Source: an uncultured virus (IMG/VR IMGVR_UViG_3300032117_000008) (Duplodnaviria > Heunggongvirae > Uroviricota > Caudoviricetes). Taken from it: 64,000 nucleotides of DNA. Below are positions 33,970 through 43,126 of this stretch, one piece after another. Each line of letters begins with the position of its first letter. Position 1 is the first letter of the stretch. The position numbers and the translations under genes are program-made. The stretch is from the IMG/VR virus record IMGVR_UViG_3300032117_000008; one strand, given 5' to 3'. A model generated the notes under the pieces. The model was not told the DNA's origin. It did not search any database and worked only from the letters and a program-made list of their open reading frames with translations.

Positions 33970-34586
33970 GTTAATAATTTATAAGCTCTATCGTAATTTT
34001 TACCTTTGGGTGTTAACCCAACTTCGAGTAAAGCTTGTCTTATATTACTATGTTTTTTAAGAGAAGTCAATAATTTTTCATCAGAAACTTTCATTTTACC
34101 ATTATTTATGTTTTTACCTCTATAAAACTTTGTTTTAGCATGACAATTTGGACATAATAACAATAAATTATTTTTTATATTATTTAGATTATCACCGTCA
34201 CAATGTTCCAATTCTAGAGGTATAGGTTCGTTTAACCATTCTGACAAATTACAAGATTCACATTTATAACCTCGTTCCTTTATTAAGACTTTTTTGTGTG
34301 ATCCTTTACCATTATAAGAAAAATCAGCATTATATTTTTCTTTGTTCCAATTCATTTTTCTTTTAGATTCTTCTGACGTATTTAAATATCTGTTAATGTT
34401 TTTATATTTTTGATACGCTTTTATAGAACCTTCACTATTTTTTCTTCTAATTTCTGGACATTTTGTTGCTCTAATTTCGCACATCAATTTATTAGACCCA
34501 TTTCTGAATCTAGCAATATTACCACATCCGTAAGAACATAATTCTGTTGTTTCTATATTTTCTGCTATTCTTTTCAATTTTATCAT
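33960..34586 (-). CDS. HNH homing endonuclease
   Basis: CESC...LELEHCDGD..NN...NL.LLCPNCH. Confidence 0.85.
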   Translation of the reverse strand: MIKLKRIAENIETTELCSYGCGNIARFRNGSNKLMCEIRATKCPEIRRKNSEGSIKAYQKYKNINRYLNTSEESKRKMNWNKEKYNADFSYNGKGSHKKVLIKERGYKCESCNLSEWLNEPIPLELEHCDGDNLNNIKNNLLLLCPNCHAKTKFYRGKNINNGKMKVSDEKLLTSLKKHSNIRQALLEVGLTPKGKNYDRAYKLLTPV

Positions 34587-34718
34587 TCCGCCAAGGGGGC
34601 GTCTATTTTTATATACTACCCTATTTCTTCAGGAAAGTCAAACTCTTTTTTTCGCTAAATAATGTAGGTCGCGAGATTGCCGTCTCCACCTACTCTAAAC
34701 CTGATAGGAGGTCCAGCA

Positions 34719-35189
34719 ATGTTTATTTATTACGTATACGCATATCTTCGAGAAGATGGTACGCCATATTATATTGGCAAGGGCAAAAATAAAAGAGCTT
34801 TCTCTAAAGATCATAGTTGCGAAATTCCATCAGATAAATCTAAAATCGTTTTCTTAGAACGTAATTTATCTGAAATCGGAGCTTTTGCTTTAGAGAGAAA
34901 ATACATCGCTTGGTATGACCGTTCAAACCTTCTCAATAAAACAGATGGTGGTGATGGAACCACAGGAGCTACATTTTCTTTAGAATCTCGTCAACGTATG
35001 AGTAAAATGCGTAAAGGGATTCCTAAGAAACCGTTTTCTGAAGAAACTCGATTAAAAATGCGATTAGCAAAATTAGGCAAAAAACAATCAGAAAAACATA
35101 AAGAAAATCTCAGTAAAGTTCGAAAAGGAAGAACTTTAAGCGAAGAACATAAAGCCAAAATTAAAGCTGCTTTTGCTTCAAAAAAGTAA
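34719..35189 (+). CDS. GIY-YIG/NUMOD3 homing endonuclease
   Basis: YVYAYLREDGTPYYIGKG, NKTDGGDG, NUMOD3-like SEETR/SEKHK/SEEHK repeats. Confidence 0.85.
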   Translation: MFIYYVYAYLREDGTPYYIGKGKNKRAFSKDHSCEIPSDKSKIVFLERNLSEIGAFALERKYIAWYDRSNLLNKTDGGDGTTGATFSLESRQRMSKMRKGIPKKPFSEETRLKMRLAKLGKKQSEKHKENLSKVRKGRTLSEEHKAKIKAAFASKK

Positions 35190-35568
35190 GATGTTTTTTG
35201 TGAACACGACACATTATATGAGAGTTGTACCATTCGTCCGAAAAAAGCACAGCATTTTCAAACTGATATTTTGCCTCGTAATATGTCGCTTCTCCTTTGG
35301 ATTTACAGAGACGAATTATTTCACGAGTAAAACTATTTTCGCCGTATTTTTTAACGTCTTCCTGAAGATCTTCGGAAGAACCAAAATATGATTTCCAATC
35401 CGATTCAACTTTGGTTCTTTTTTTCTTTCCCTTAACTTGTTTAGTTTTCAGAAAAAAGAAAGTTTTCTTTCCGATATATTTTCTATTGTTTGCAGTATTA
35501 GTTATTATATACACAAACGAAGTATATTCATTATTAAATTCATATTCTTTATTTTCGTAAATCCACAT
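35161..35568 (-). CDS. GIY-YIG (Seg-like) nuclease
   Basis: FVYIIT...KYIGKK, YFGSS, E...Q, YN. Confidence 0.78.
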   Translation of the reverse strand: MWIYENKEYEFNNEYTSFVYIITNTANNRKYIGKKTFFFLKTKQVKGKKKRTKVESDWKSYFGSSEDLQEDVKKYGENSFTREIIRLCKSKGEATYYEAKYQFENAVLFSDEWYNSHIMCRVHKKHLTFLKQKQL

Positions 35569-35601
35569 CCCAAACTCCATTGTTTGGGATATTTAGTAAT
35601 G

Positions 35602-35748
35602 TCAACAACCTTCGTCGTCTTGTGCTTCCCATTCATCGGATGTATCATCATAAACTAACTTATTCGCACAAAAAGGACAAAATTCTGGTTCATCTAATTC
35701 GTCGTGTTCAATTGTAAATTCTGCCTCACAATCTTGACAAGTAATCAA
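35602..35748 (-). CDS. Small zinc-ribbon protein
   Basis: CQDC...CPFC, acidic tail, TTG start. Confidence 0.55.
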   Translation of the reverse strand: MITCQDCEAEFTIEHDELDEPEFCPFCANKLVYDDTSDEWEAQDDEGC

Positions 35749-36197
35749 TTTTTTGGTTCTCCTATGTATTTCTTATATGTTTTAATCCAGTCTGTTGAAA
35801 TTTGTTGTTGAGCATCTTCCATTGTGATTATACCATCACAAATCATTCTATGCAACTTATTTTCTAGTCTATCTTTGACATGAGCGTTCCAAGGCATTGT
35901 AGTGTAGCTTTGAGGCCACAGGTTCTTAATATCATTAGAACCACCGAGTTCTAAAGAAATCAAATGATCAATTTCGAACTTGTCTGCTTTGGGATCAATA
36001 CCATATTCCTTGAAAACCTTTTTCTTTGTGGCCGAAGAAACATTACGAACAGTTCCTGTGTATCCAGAAAGACAAATCTTTTCCATTGTTGCTTCCTGAT
36101 CAACTACACCGGGCGTCAAAGCAGGATCAGGTAGAATTGGAAATTCCTTCGCTGATGCCGAACTAATTAATAATGAAAATAATACTTCTAAAATCAT
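35745..36197 (-). CDS. Exported HNH-like protein
   Basis: Signal peptide; EIDHLISLELGGSN...NLWPQ. Confidence 0.6.
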   Translation of the reverse strand: MILEVLFSLLISSASAKEFPILPDPALTPGVVDQEATMEKICLSGYTGTVRNVSSATKKKVFKEYGIDPKADKFEIDHLISLELGGSNDIKNLWPQSYTTMPWNAHVKDRLENKLHRMICDGIITMEDAQQQISTDWIKTYKKYIGEPKN

Positions 36198-37309
36198 AGA
36201 CTAAATCCTTTAAACGTGTCATTCGTTACGTCCTTCTTAACGCCACCAATGACGTAAGAAGTTATTTCTGTTTCTTGTGGAGCAACTTGTACTTCAGAAC
36301 CAGAAATCCATTTCTGAGTCCATGGCAAAGGATTACTACCGCCCTTATAGGTTGTATTTAGTCCTATCGCTGTCATTCTCTTGTTAGCGATCCATTCTAT
36401 ATATTCGTTTAATAGTTTTTCGTTAAGACCTATCATAGAACCATCTTTGAATAGATAACTAGCCCATGTCTTTTCTTGTTCAACCGCGTCAACAAACAAC
36501 TTAATACATTCTTGTTTTGTTTCTTCTGCAATCTTGGCAAAATCTTCATCTTCTTTGACCAAAGCCTTAAGTAATTGCTGAGTACCAGCAAGATGAAGAT
36601 TTTCATCACGAGCGATTAATTTAATAATCTTGGCATTACCTTCCATCTTCTTAACTTCGGCAAACGCCCATGAACAAGCAAACGAAACATAGAAGCGAAT
36701 GCCTTCGAGAACATTAACAGACATCAATGCAAGCCAAAGAGCTTTCTTATGTTCATATTTCGACGGACACCAATCTGTCAATCCATACTCAGGAATCTCA
36801 TTGCAAGAAGATATTTCATTAAATGAAATTAAATTATCATAATACTTGCTGATATCATTGGCACAATCTACGATTTCTTTGATATCCATTAATTCATCAA
36901 AAACCTTAGAAGGATTTGGGTATATGTTTCTGATAATATGAGTATAAGATCTACTATGGATTGTTTCACTAAAAGTCCATGTAGTTATCCAAGTTTCTAA
37001 CTCTGGCAGCGAACATATTGGACTAAAAGCGGCTGTCGGCGCTCGACCCTGTACGGAATCAAGAAGGATTTGTCGCTTAAGATTGCTTGTGAAAATGTGT
37101 TGCTCATGAGAATTTAGACCCTTGAAGTCTTTAGAGTCTCTTGAAATATCTACTTCTTCGGGTCTCCAAAAGAAACCAAGTTGTTGATTTGTTAATTTTT
37201 CGATCCATGGATACTTCTGCTTATCATATCTAGCAATAGTTACCGGATCGTCAAAAAACAAATTTGCTTTGATAGAATTTTTTTTGTTATTAATATCAAA
37301 TACACTCAT
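36194..37309 (-). CDS. nrdB: Ribonucleotide reductase class Ia beta subunit
   Basis: FFWRPEE, ETIHSRSY, EGIRFY, RDENLH, VAPQE. Confidence 0.96.
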   Translation of the reverse strand: MSVFDINNKKNSIKANLFFDDPVTIARYDKQKYPWIEKLTNQQLGFFWRPEEVDISRDSKDFKGLNSHEQHIFTSNLKRQILLDSVQGRAPTAAFSPICSLPELETWITTWTFSETIHSRSYTHIIRNIYPNPSKVFDELMDIKEIVDCANDISKYYDNLISFNEISSCNEIPEYGLTDWCPSKYEHKKALWLALMSVNVLEGIRFYVSFACSWAFAEVKKMEGNAKIIKLIARDENLHLAGTQQLLKALVKEDEDFAKIAEETKQECIKLFVDAVEQEKTWASYLFKDGSMIGLNEKLLNEYIEWIANKRMTAIGLNTTYKGGSNPLPWTQKWISGSEVQVAPQETEITSYVIGGVKKDVTNDTFKGFSL

Positions 37310-37561
37310 TTAATTATTACACCCGTAATTACCACAATTTTCTTTACAACCATCAAAATTGATAGGACATTTAAAACCATCAAAACATTCGTTGATGGTC
37401 TTTTCCCACTTTTCGTTTCTGGCATCTAATTCTGTCGCCAAATCACGGAGATTTTGAGCCGAAACATATCCATCAAGACCCTTTGGCCACCAATAAACGA
37501 ATCCGTCGTCTGATGTTACAAACTCGTCTTTTTCGTCAGCCATTTTAATAATGTCTTTCAT
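37310..37561 (-). CDS. Hypothetical protein
   Basis: AGGAG RBS. Confidence 0.55.
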   Translation of the reverse strand: MKDIIKMADEKDEFVTSDDGFVYWWPKGLDGYVSAQNLRDLATELDARNEKWEKTINECFDGFKCPINFDGCKENCGNYGCNN

Positions 37562-37749
37562 ATATTTCTCCTAAAATATTTTTTATCATATTCAAGATAA
37601 CCATCAGGTACTTCAAACAATTTTCCACTTTCTGGTTCAAGTAAACAAGGCTGCATAGTATCTTTAATATGTACTAGAACGTAAGTTCTTGATTCTAGCT
37701 TATCAAATATTTATTTATATGTCAACTTATTTAACTCTATCTCAATCAT
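37558..37749 (-). pseudogene. Paralog of 37863..38051 with an in-frame TAA
   Basis: KLTYK*IFDKL...VPDGYLEYDKKY versus KLTFEEIYSKL...IPEGYLEYDKRF. Confidence 0.6.
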
Positions 37750-37862
37750 TAAATTTTACAACTCTCGTAGGATTCGCTTCTATTTTTCTTCAATCTTCCA
37801 ATCTCCCAACCATATAGATTTTTGCTGTTGGGTCTGTTTCGTGAACAACTATTTGAAGACCA

Positions 37863-38051
37863 TTAATACTTTCGGTAGTAGAATCGTTTGTCATATTCAA
37901 GGTATCCTTCTGGTATCGTATAAAGAGTGTTATCATTGGCATTGAGAAGATATGGTTTCATCTCCTCCTTTGTATGCACCACAACATACTCACGCATATG
38001 AAGCTTACTATAGATTTCTTCAAAAGTCAATTTTGTTTTCTTAGCTTTCAT
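37863..38051 (-). CDS. Hypothetical protein
   Basis: Has an adjacent paralog. Confidence 0.55.
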   Translation of the reverse strand: MKAKKTKLTFEEIYSKLHMREYVVVHTKEEMKPYLLNANDNTLYTIPEGYLEYDKRFYYRKY

Positions 38052-38055
38052 TGCA

Positions 38056-38292
38056 TTATTCCGCCCAAACTTCAACACCTAATGAAACCATTCTCATTGC
38101 AACTTCTCTATTCTTATGATCTGAACCATAAGCACCACACTGAGCAATAATACCAGAATCTTTATGCGTAACACGAATATCATGAGGTGGAATACCTACT
38201 TGTTGACCTGTAGGTTTCTCTGTTGACCAAGTATCACGATATATAAGTTCTACTTTGTATTGACTACTGATTGTATCTCTCAAATCTTGCAT
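38056..38292 (-). CDS. Stand-alone RF-1 (peptidyl-tRNA hydrolase domain)-like protein with TGQ in place of GGQ
   Basis: PTGQQVG...IRVTHKDSGIIAQC...SDHKNREVAM. Confidence 0.55.
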   Translation of the reverse strand: MQDLRDTISSQYKVELIYRDTWSTEKPTGQQVGIPPHDIRVTHKDSGIIAQCGAYGSDHKNREVAMRMVSLGVEVWAE

Positions 38293-38951
38293 TTAAAATC
38301 CTTCCAGTTGTTATCTTCATTTGGAACCCAACCTTCTCTAAATTTATTAATCATATTATGATGTGTCATCATTGGTTTATCGAACCCAAAATTTATAGCC
38401 ATTGCGTGGTATGATTTTTTTGTTTCTTTCCACCAATTATAATACTCATCAGCCTTTGCCCATTCTTTTTTTGTTTCATTCGTTGCTCTTGAATGTTCCC
38501 ATGGCAATTTTCCATGCATCGGATTTTTAGAACCTATTTTACCTTCACTACATTTTTTTCTATATTCATCTGTAATATAACTTCTATCAACTTCAACAGG
38601 ACCATTCTTTTGTATATATTCTCTTCTAGATTTACCGACAGCATTTGGATTATTTCGTTTCATATTATCTGAAATTCTTCTTCTAATCCATCCGTACAAC
38701 TTATTGCTTGGTCTATTTGTACACATCATATTTGCAGCAAAAGCTAATTCAAATATTTCAGGATATATTTTTACTAATAGTTGATGCGCTAGATAATGTT
38801 CTTCTGGTAACAAATAGACAAGATTACTCCAATCATCAGAACCATTCATACATCTTGGGATGATATGGTGAAGTTCGTAATATATTTGTCCATTTGTTAC
38901 TCTATTTTGTGCTCTGATTATCAGATTATCATATATTTTTTTATAGTCCAT
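38280..38951 (-). CDS. HNH homing endonuclease (MobE-like position between nrdA and nrdB)
   Basis: YELHHIIPRC, NLVYL.PEEHYLAHQLL; late promoter at 38972. Confidence 0.85.
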   Translation of the reverse strand: MDYKKIYDNLIIRAQNRVTNGQIYYELHHIIPRCMNGSDDWSNLVYLLPEEHYLAHQLLVKIYPEIFELAFAANMMCTNRPSNKLYGWIRRRISDNMKRNNPNAVGKSRREYIQKNGPVEVDRSYITDEYRKKCSEGKIGSKNPMHGKLPWEHSRATNETKKEWAKADEYYNWWKETKKSYHAMAINFGFDKPMMTHHNMINKFREGWVPNEDNNWKDFKCKI

Positions 38952-38994
38952 AATTGTTTCCTCCTATGGACTATTTATATTTTACAAGTCTTTA

Positions 38995-40068
38995 CTATAT
39001 TTTACAAGACTCGCAGGATTCATCTTCAACAACACCAGCAGCCAAAGGTGCTTCTTCGTATTCACCAGCGCCATCTGCAGTGTTCAGATAGTATAATTGT
39101 TTGCCACCATACTTATAAAACATCAGCAAGTGCTTTAACATTTCCGACATAGGGATTTGTTCTTCTTCATAGAACTTTGGGTTGTACGAGGTATTAACGG
39201 ATATTCCTTGATCAATGAACTTTTGCAATACCCCGCAAATCTTAAGATATCCTTCGGGTGACTGTTGGTCCCAAAGTAGGTCGTATTTCTTCTTAAGTTT
39301 ACGAACTTCTGGTACAACTTGTTTAAGGACGCCATCTTTAGACTGTTTAACAGAGACAAGCGATCTTGGCGGCTCAATACCATTCGTTGCGTTGCTAATC
39401 TGTGCTGATGTCTCTGATGGCATGAGAGCCATAAGCGTTGAGTTTCTGATGCCAACTCGTAATGCTTTAGCGCCCAACGAAACCCAATCCATCCTATACG
39501 CAGGCGATACGATTTCGTCCAATTCTCTTTTATAGGTGTTTATGGGGAACACACCTTGGCTGTACTTTGTTTCATTACTTTTTGGACACGCACCTTTTTC
39601 CTCCGCTAGATCAATGGACGCTTTAATTAAATAATATGACCAAGCTTCTGCGAATGAATGAAGCTTACTCAATCCATCATGATCAATTGACTGATAGCTA
39701 AGATCATTACGAGCCAACCAATAAGCGAGGTTAATAATACCGACACCAAGAGGTCGTCTGGCCATAGTGGAGTTTTTGGCAGCAAGAACTGGATAATCTT
39801 GATAGTCAAGTAACTCGTCCAAAGCACGAACAGCGAGAGTACAAGGACGTTCGAAATCTGCAGGATCACGAATTTTGCCCCAGTTTATCGCACTCAAAGT
39901 ACACAGACTAATCTCTCCATTTTCATCGTTAATATCTTTCAATGGCTTTGTAGGCAAGTCAATTTCGCAGTTATGAACTAAAATACCATTAGCATAAAAG
40001 TTTTCATTTTTATCTACAGTAATATCATAGACATCTTCTGTATAATTTAAATGTTCAATTTTTAACAT
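38995..40068 (-). CDS. nrdA: NrdA C-terminal part, preceded by the split-intein C-fragment (39970-40068)
   Basis: VYDITV...NFYANGILVHN|CEIDLP; LCTLSAIN, MPSETS, C-terminal CESC. Confidence 0.92.
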   Translation of the reverse strand: MLKIEHLNYTEDVYDITVDKNENFYANGILVHNCEIDLPTKPLKDINDENGEISLCTLSAINWGKIRDPADFERPCTLAVRALDELLDYQDYPVLAAKNSTMARRPLGVGIINLAYWLARNDLSYQSIDHDGLSKLHSFAEAWSYYLIKASIDLAEEKGACPKSNETKYSQGVFPINTYKRELDEIVSPAYRMDWVSLGAKALRVGIRNSTLMALMPSETSAQISNATNGIEPPRSLVSVKQSKDGVLKQVVPEVRKLKKKYDLLWDQQSPEGYLKICGVLQKFIDQGISVNTSYNPKFYEEEQIPMSEMLKHLLMFYKYGGKQLYYLNTADGAGEYEEAPLAAGVVEDESCESCKI

Positions 40069-40759
40069 GTTTTCTTTTTCCTTCTGAATCTATGATAACT
40101 TTAGTTCCAACGTTGGGTCCAACAGTGCCAGTATATTTTTCTCTGTATATTTGTCTCTGTTCTTCAGAACGAAAATATGGATTGAATTTCATATCTAACT
40201 CTTTTTCAAGAATAGCAGCATATTTTTTATAACTTCCATCAAATCTCATTGGTCTGAATGATTTAGGAAATCTTATCCCTATCTTTTTACATTCTTTGAC
40301 CATTGTCTTTTGACCTACAATTCTTCCAAGATCATAACACACCTTTTTACCAATTTCAATCAATTCTTCGTTTGTGTATCCCGTACTATTATTATTTTTT
40401 AATCCTATATTATTTTCAGATTGTTTTTTTACCCATAATTCATATTTTTTATCAGGAACAATCCAACCACCGCATCCTCCTGGTTTAGCATTATATCCTT
40501 TTTTATTATTCATGAGATCAAATCCAACAATCATCTCTTCTTCTTTTTTCTTACAAATATCAACATTATTATGTTCAAAAATAATTTCATGATCCCATTG
40601 ATCTACACCATATTTTCGAATAGCAGAATGAAATCTAAATTTACTTCCCTGCCTAACAGATGATAGATGAGATTTCCATCTTTGTTCTAATGTTCGAACA
40701 GAGTGACCAATATAACTTTTACCGTTCACTCTGTTCGTTATTTTGTAAACTATAGCCAT
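40055..40759 (-). CDS. GIY-YIG homing endonuclease between the nrdA halves
   Basis: IVYKITN...YIGHS, GYN..PGG; late promoter at 40796. Confidence 0.85.
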   Translation of the reverse strand: MAIVYKITNRVNGKSYIGHSVRTLEQRWKSHLSSVRQGSKFRFHSAIRKYGVDQWDHEIIFEHNNVDICKKKEEEMIVGFDLMNNKKGYNAKPGGCGGWIVPDKKYELWVKKQSENNIGLKNNNSTGYTNEELIEIGKKVCYDLGRIVGQKTMVKECKKIGIRFPKSFRPMRFDGSYKKYAAILEKELDMKFNPYFRSEEQRQIYREKYTGTVGPNVGTKVIIDSEGKRKHVKN

Positions 40760-40815
40760 ATAAATGATTCCTTGATAGAAGTGTTATCTCAGAACTATTT
40801 ATAATAATTTATAAA

Positions 40816-42435
40816 TTATATTACCAACAACTCATCATTTTCTAAAATATTTTGCGCCTCTACATATCCTCTGTTTTTTGTATAGATGCGATGATCTGGT
40901 GTGCAAACAATAGAGTTGCCATTTTCATCAGTTATTTTCATCAATGATGCATTCTTTCTAGTCATAGCAGCAGCTTTAATTTGTCTAAATTCATCTTTAC
41001 CAGTATTATTGTTTCTACTAAGAACTTTCATTTGAATTGTAACATCCTTGATCATTATATCTTGAATTGAACCGTCAATCATTTCAACAGTTACATAAGT
41101 TTCTCCAGTCACACAGCAGAGATTTGACTGGCGAATTGGTGCAAGTTCTTTAATGAACGAACCATGATCATTCGCATGGTCGACGTTCTGCAAATAGATA
41201 CGACCAGTGTTCTTGCGCTCTTCCATGAACGATGAGAATAGGTCCACAGCAGGTATTGATTTCTTTCTGATCGCCGGATCCGCCTCGTATTTTTGATATA
41301 GCGATCTGAATTTATCAAGATCAATAAAAAAGCTATCATAAAGACCAGGGACGTCGCTAGGGCTGAATAGAGTAATATTCCCACCAACAAGAAGTCGTTC
41401 ATACATCACCTTATTAAACTGGACACCATAGTCCAAACCACGAATACGATTATCTTCTGTGCCTTTATTATTCTTGAGAACTAGTAGGTCCTCAACTTCC
41501 AAATGCCAGATAGGGTAGTAAAGAGTCGCTGCGCCGCCTCGAACACCGCCTTGGCTGCAGCTCTTAACTGCTGATTGGAAGTGCTTGTAAAATGGGATAA
41601 CACCAGTGTGAGTAGTATCACCAGCGCGAATGGGAGAGCCGAGAGCACGAATACGACCAGCATTAATACCAATGCCAGCTTTTTGAGACACATATTTAAC
41701 AATTGCGGAAGCTGAAGCATTGATTGAATCAAGACTGTCATCTGTCTCGATAAGAACGCACGAAGAGAATTGCTTTTGAGGCGAACGGAGACCTGCCATA
41801 ATAGGAGTCGGCAGCGATATTTCAAAAGTGCTTGTCGCATCGTATAAATCCTTTACCCATTTAAGTCTGGTTTCTTTAGGATAGTTACGAAACAGTATCA
41901 TGGCAATCAACATATAAGCCATTTGAGGAGTTTCATAAATCTGTCCAGTAACTCTGTTTCTGATTAAGTATTTTCCTCTTAATTGTTCCATGCCCACATA
42001 AGAGATAGAATAATCCCTATCGTGATTAATATAAGTATCCAAAACATCCAGTTCAAAATCATCATAAAAAGAAGAAATTTCAGGATCGTAGTAACCAAGA
42101 GAAATAACGTGTTTAACATGATCTTTCAATTTCCATGGTAGGTGACTTTCGTATACTTGTTTTCTTAGATGATAGTTGATCAGACGACCAGCAACGTACT
42201 GATAACCGGGATTTTCTTCTGAAATAAGATCGGCGGCAGCCTTGATCAAAGTTTCTTGAATATCTGATGACTTAATCTTATTATAAAATTGAATATGAGA
42301 CTTAAGTTCTATCTCTGATTCGGAAACGTTGTTGATTCCTTCACAAGCCCAACTAACCACTTTATGAAAACGATTTAGATCTAACGGCTGAGTCGATCCG
42401 TCTCTTTTTGTTACTAGAATTGAATTATCAATCAT
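40816..42435 (-). CDS. nrdA: NrdA N-terminal part ending in the split-intein N-fragment (40816-41115)
   Basis: ATP-cone VTKRDG, PTPIMAG, SSCVL, QSNLC|CVTGET...TPDH. Confidence 0.92.
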   Translation of the reverse strand: MIDNSILVTKRDGSTQPLDLNRFHKVVSWACEGINNVSESEIELKSHIQFYNKIKSSDIQETLIKAAADLISEENPGYQYVAGRLINYHLRKQVYESHLPWKLKDHVKHVISLGYYDPEISSFYDDFELDVLDTYINHDRDYSISYVGMEQLRGKYLIRNRVTGQIYETPQMAYMLIAMILFRNYPKETRLKWVKDLYDATSTFEISLPTPIMAGLRSPQKQFSSCVLIETDDSLDSINASASAIVKYVSQKAGIGINAGRIRALGSPIRAGDTTHTGVIPFYKHFQSAVKSCSQGGVRGGAATLYYPIWHLEVEDLLVLKNNKGTEDNRIRGLDYGVQFNKVMYERLLVGGNITLFSPSDVPGLYDSFFIDLDKFRSLYQKYEADPAIRKKSIPAVDLFSSFMEERKNTGRIYLQNVDHANDHGSFIKELAPIRQSNLCCVTGETYVTVEMIDGSIQDIMIKDVTIQMKVLSRNNNTGKDEFRQIKAAAMTRKNASLMKITDENGNSIVCTPDHRIYTKNRGYVEAQNILENDELLVI

Positions 42436-42447
42436 CTATACCCCTTA

Positions 42448-43125
42448 TTAATTTTCTATATCCAAACTATCTTTTAACGAAGGAAATACGTTGGTAATCT
42501 CGTACCAAGCGTCAGTTGCGATTTCTCTATGTTCCTTCTGGGTTTCTGGTCCCATACGAAGTTGACACCAATGAATATAACTTCTCAACGTTCCATTCAT
42601 ATATAGGCGAGAAACTGTTAACCCTTCCGGAAGAACAGCACGTGCTTGTTCCTTCGCGATACCGTTTTTAATAGCCCATTTGTATGTTTTTTGCACAGAA
42701 GTAGTCAAGTTATTTTGAAGTTGTTCCCAAGTACCTTGGAGAGATTCATCATCAATCTCAATACTGTTCTGACGATTTTTCTGATCTTGAAGACGAGCTT
42801 CACGAGTAACGAAACCTAAATCTTGTGTTGGATCAGCATAACGCTGAGAAAATTCCTGAAACGAAAATGATCTATGTCTGAGAATTTGTCGGGCGATATC
42901 TCTAGTAGTTTCTATAGACATAGTAATACTAACTGTTTCAAAAACGCTCCAGTGCTTATGTTTTATGCAGTATCTGAGTAATTTAGGAGCAGTTAAACTA
43001 TTCATTTGATTAGATGGGTTCGAAACCCTTGCACAATATGCAATAAACTCATCTGGTGTCATTTTAACACCTTTTTCATTATCAATTATTGGTTGTGTTA
43101 CCGCTATAATTTTTGCGTTATTCAT
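42448..43125 (-). CDS. thyX: Flavin-dependent thymidylate synthase
   Basis: HWSVFE, RHRSFSFQEFSQRY, ARAVLP. Confidence 0.95.
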   Translation of the reverse strand: MNNAKIIAVTQPIIDNEKGVKMTPDEFIAYCARVSNPSNQMNSLTAPKLLRYCIKHKHWSVFETVSITMSIETTRDIARQILRHRSFSFQEFSQRYADPTQDLGFVTREARLQDQKNRQNSIEIDDESLQGTWEQLQNNLTTSVQKTYKWAIKNGIAKEQARAVLPEGLTVSRLYMNGTLRSYIHWCQLRMGPETQKEHREIATDAWYEITNVFPSLKDSLDIEN

Positions 43126-43126
43126 T

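Noticed and set aside
37711..37713. Stop-codon reassignment suggested by the in-frame TAA
   Set aside because: Core genes end normally at TAA, TAG and TGA and no suppressor tRNA is seen
40055..40816. Group I intron in nrdA
   Set aside because: Intein N- and C-terminal motifs explain the break; no room for intron core sequence
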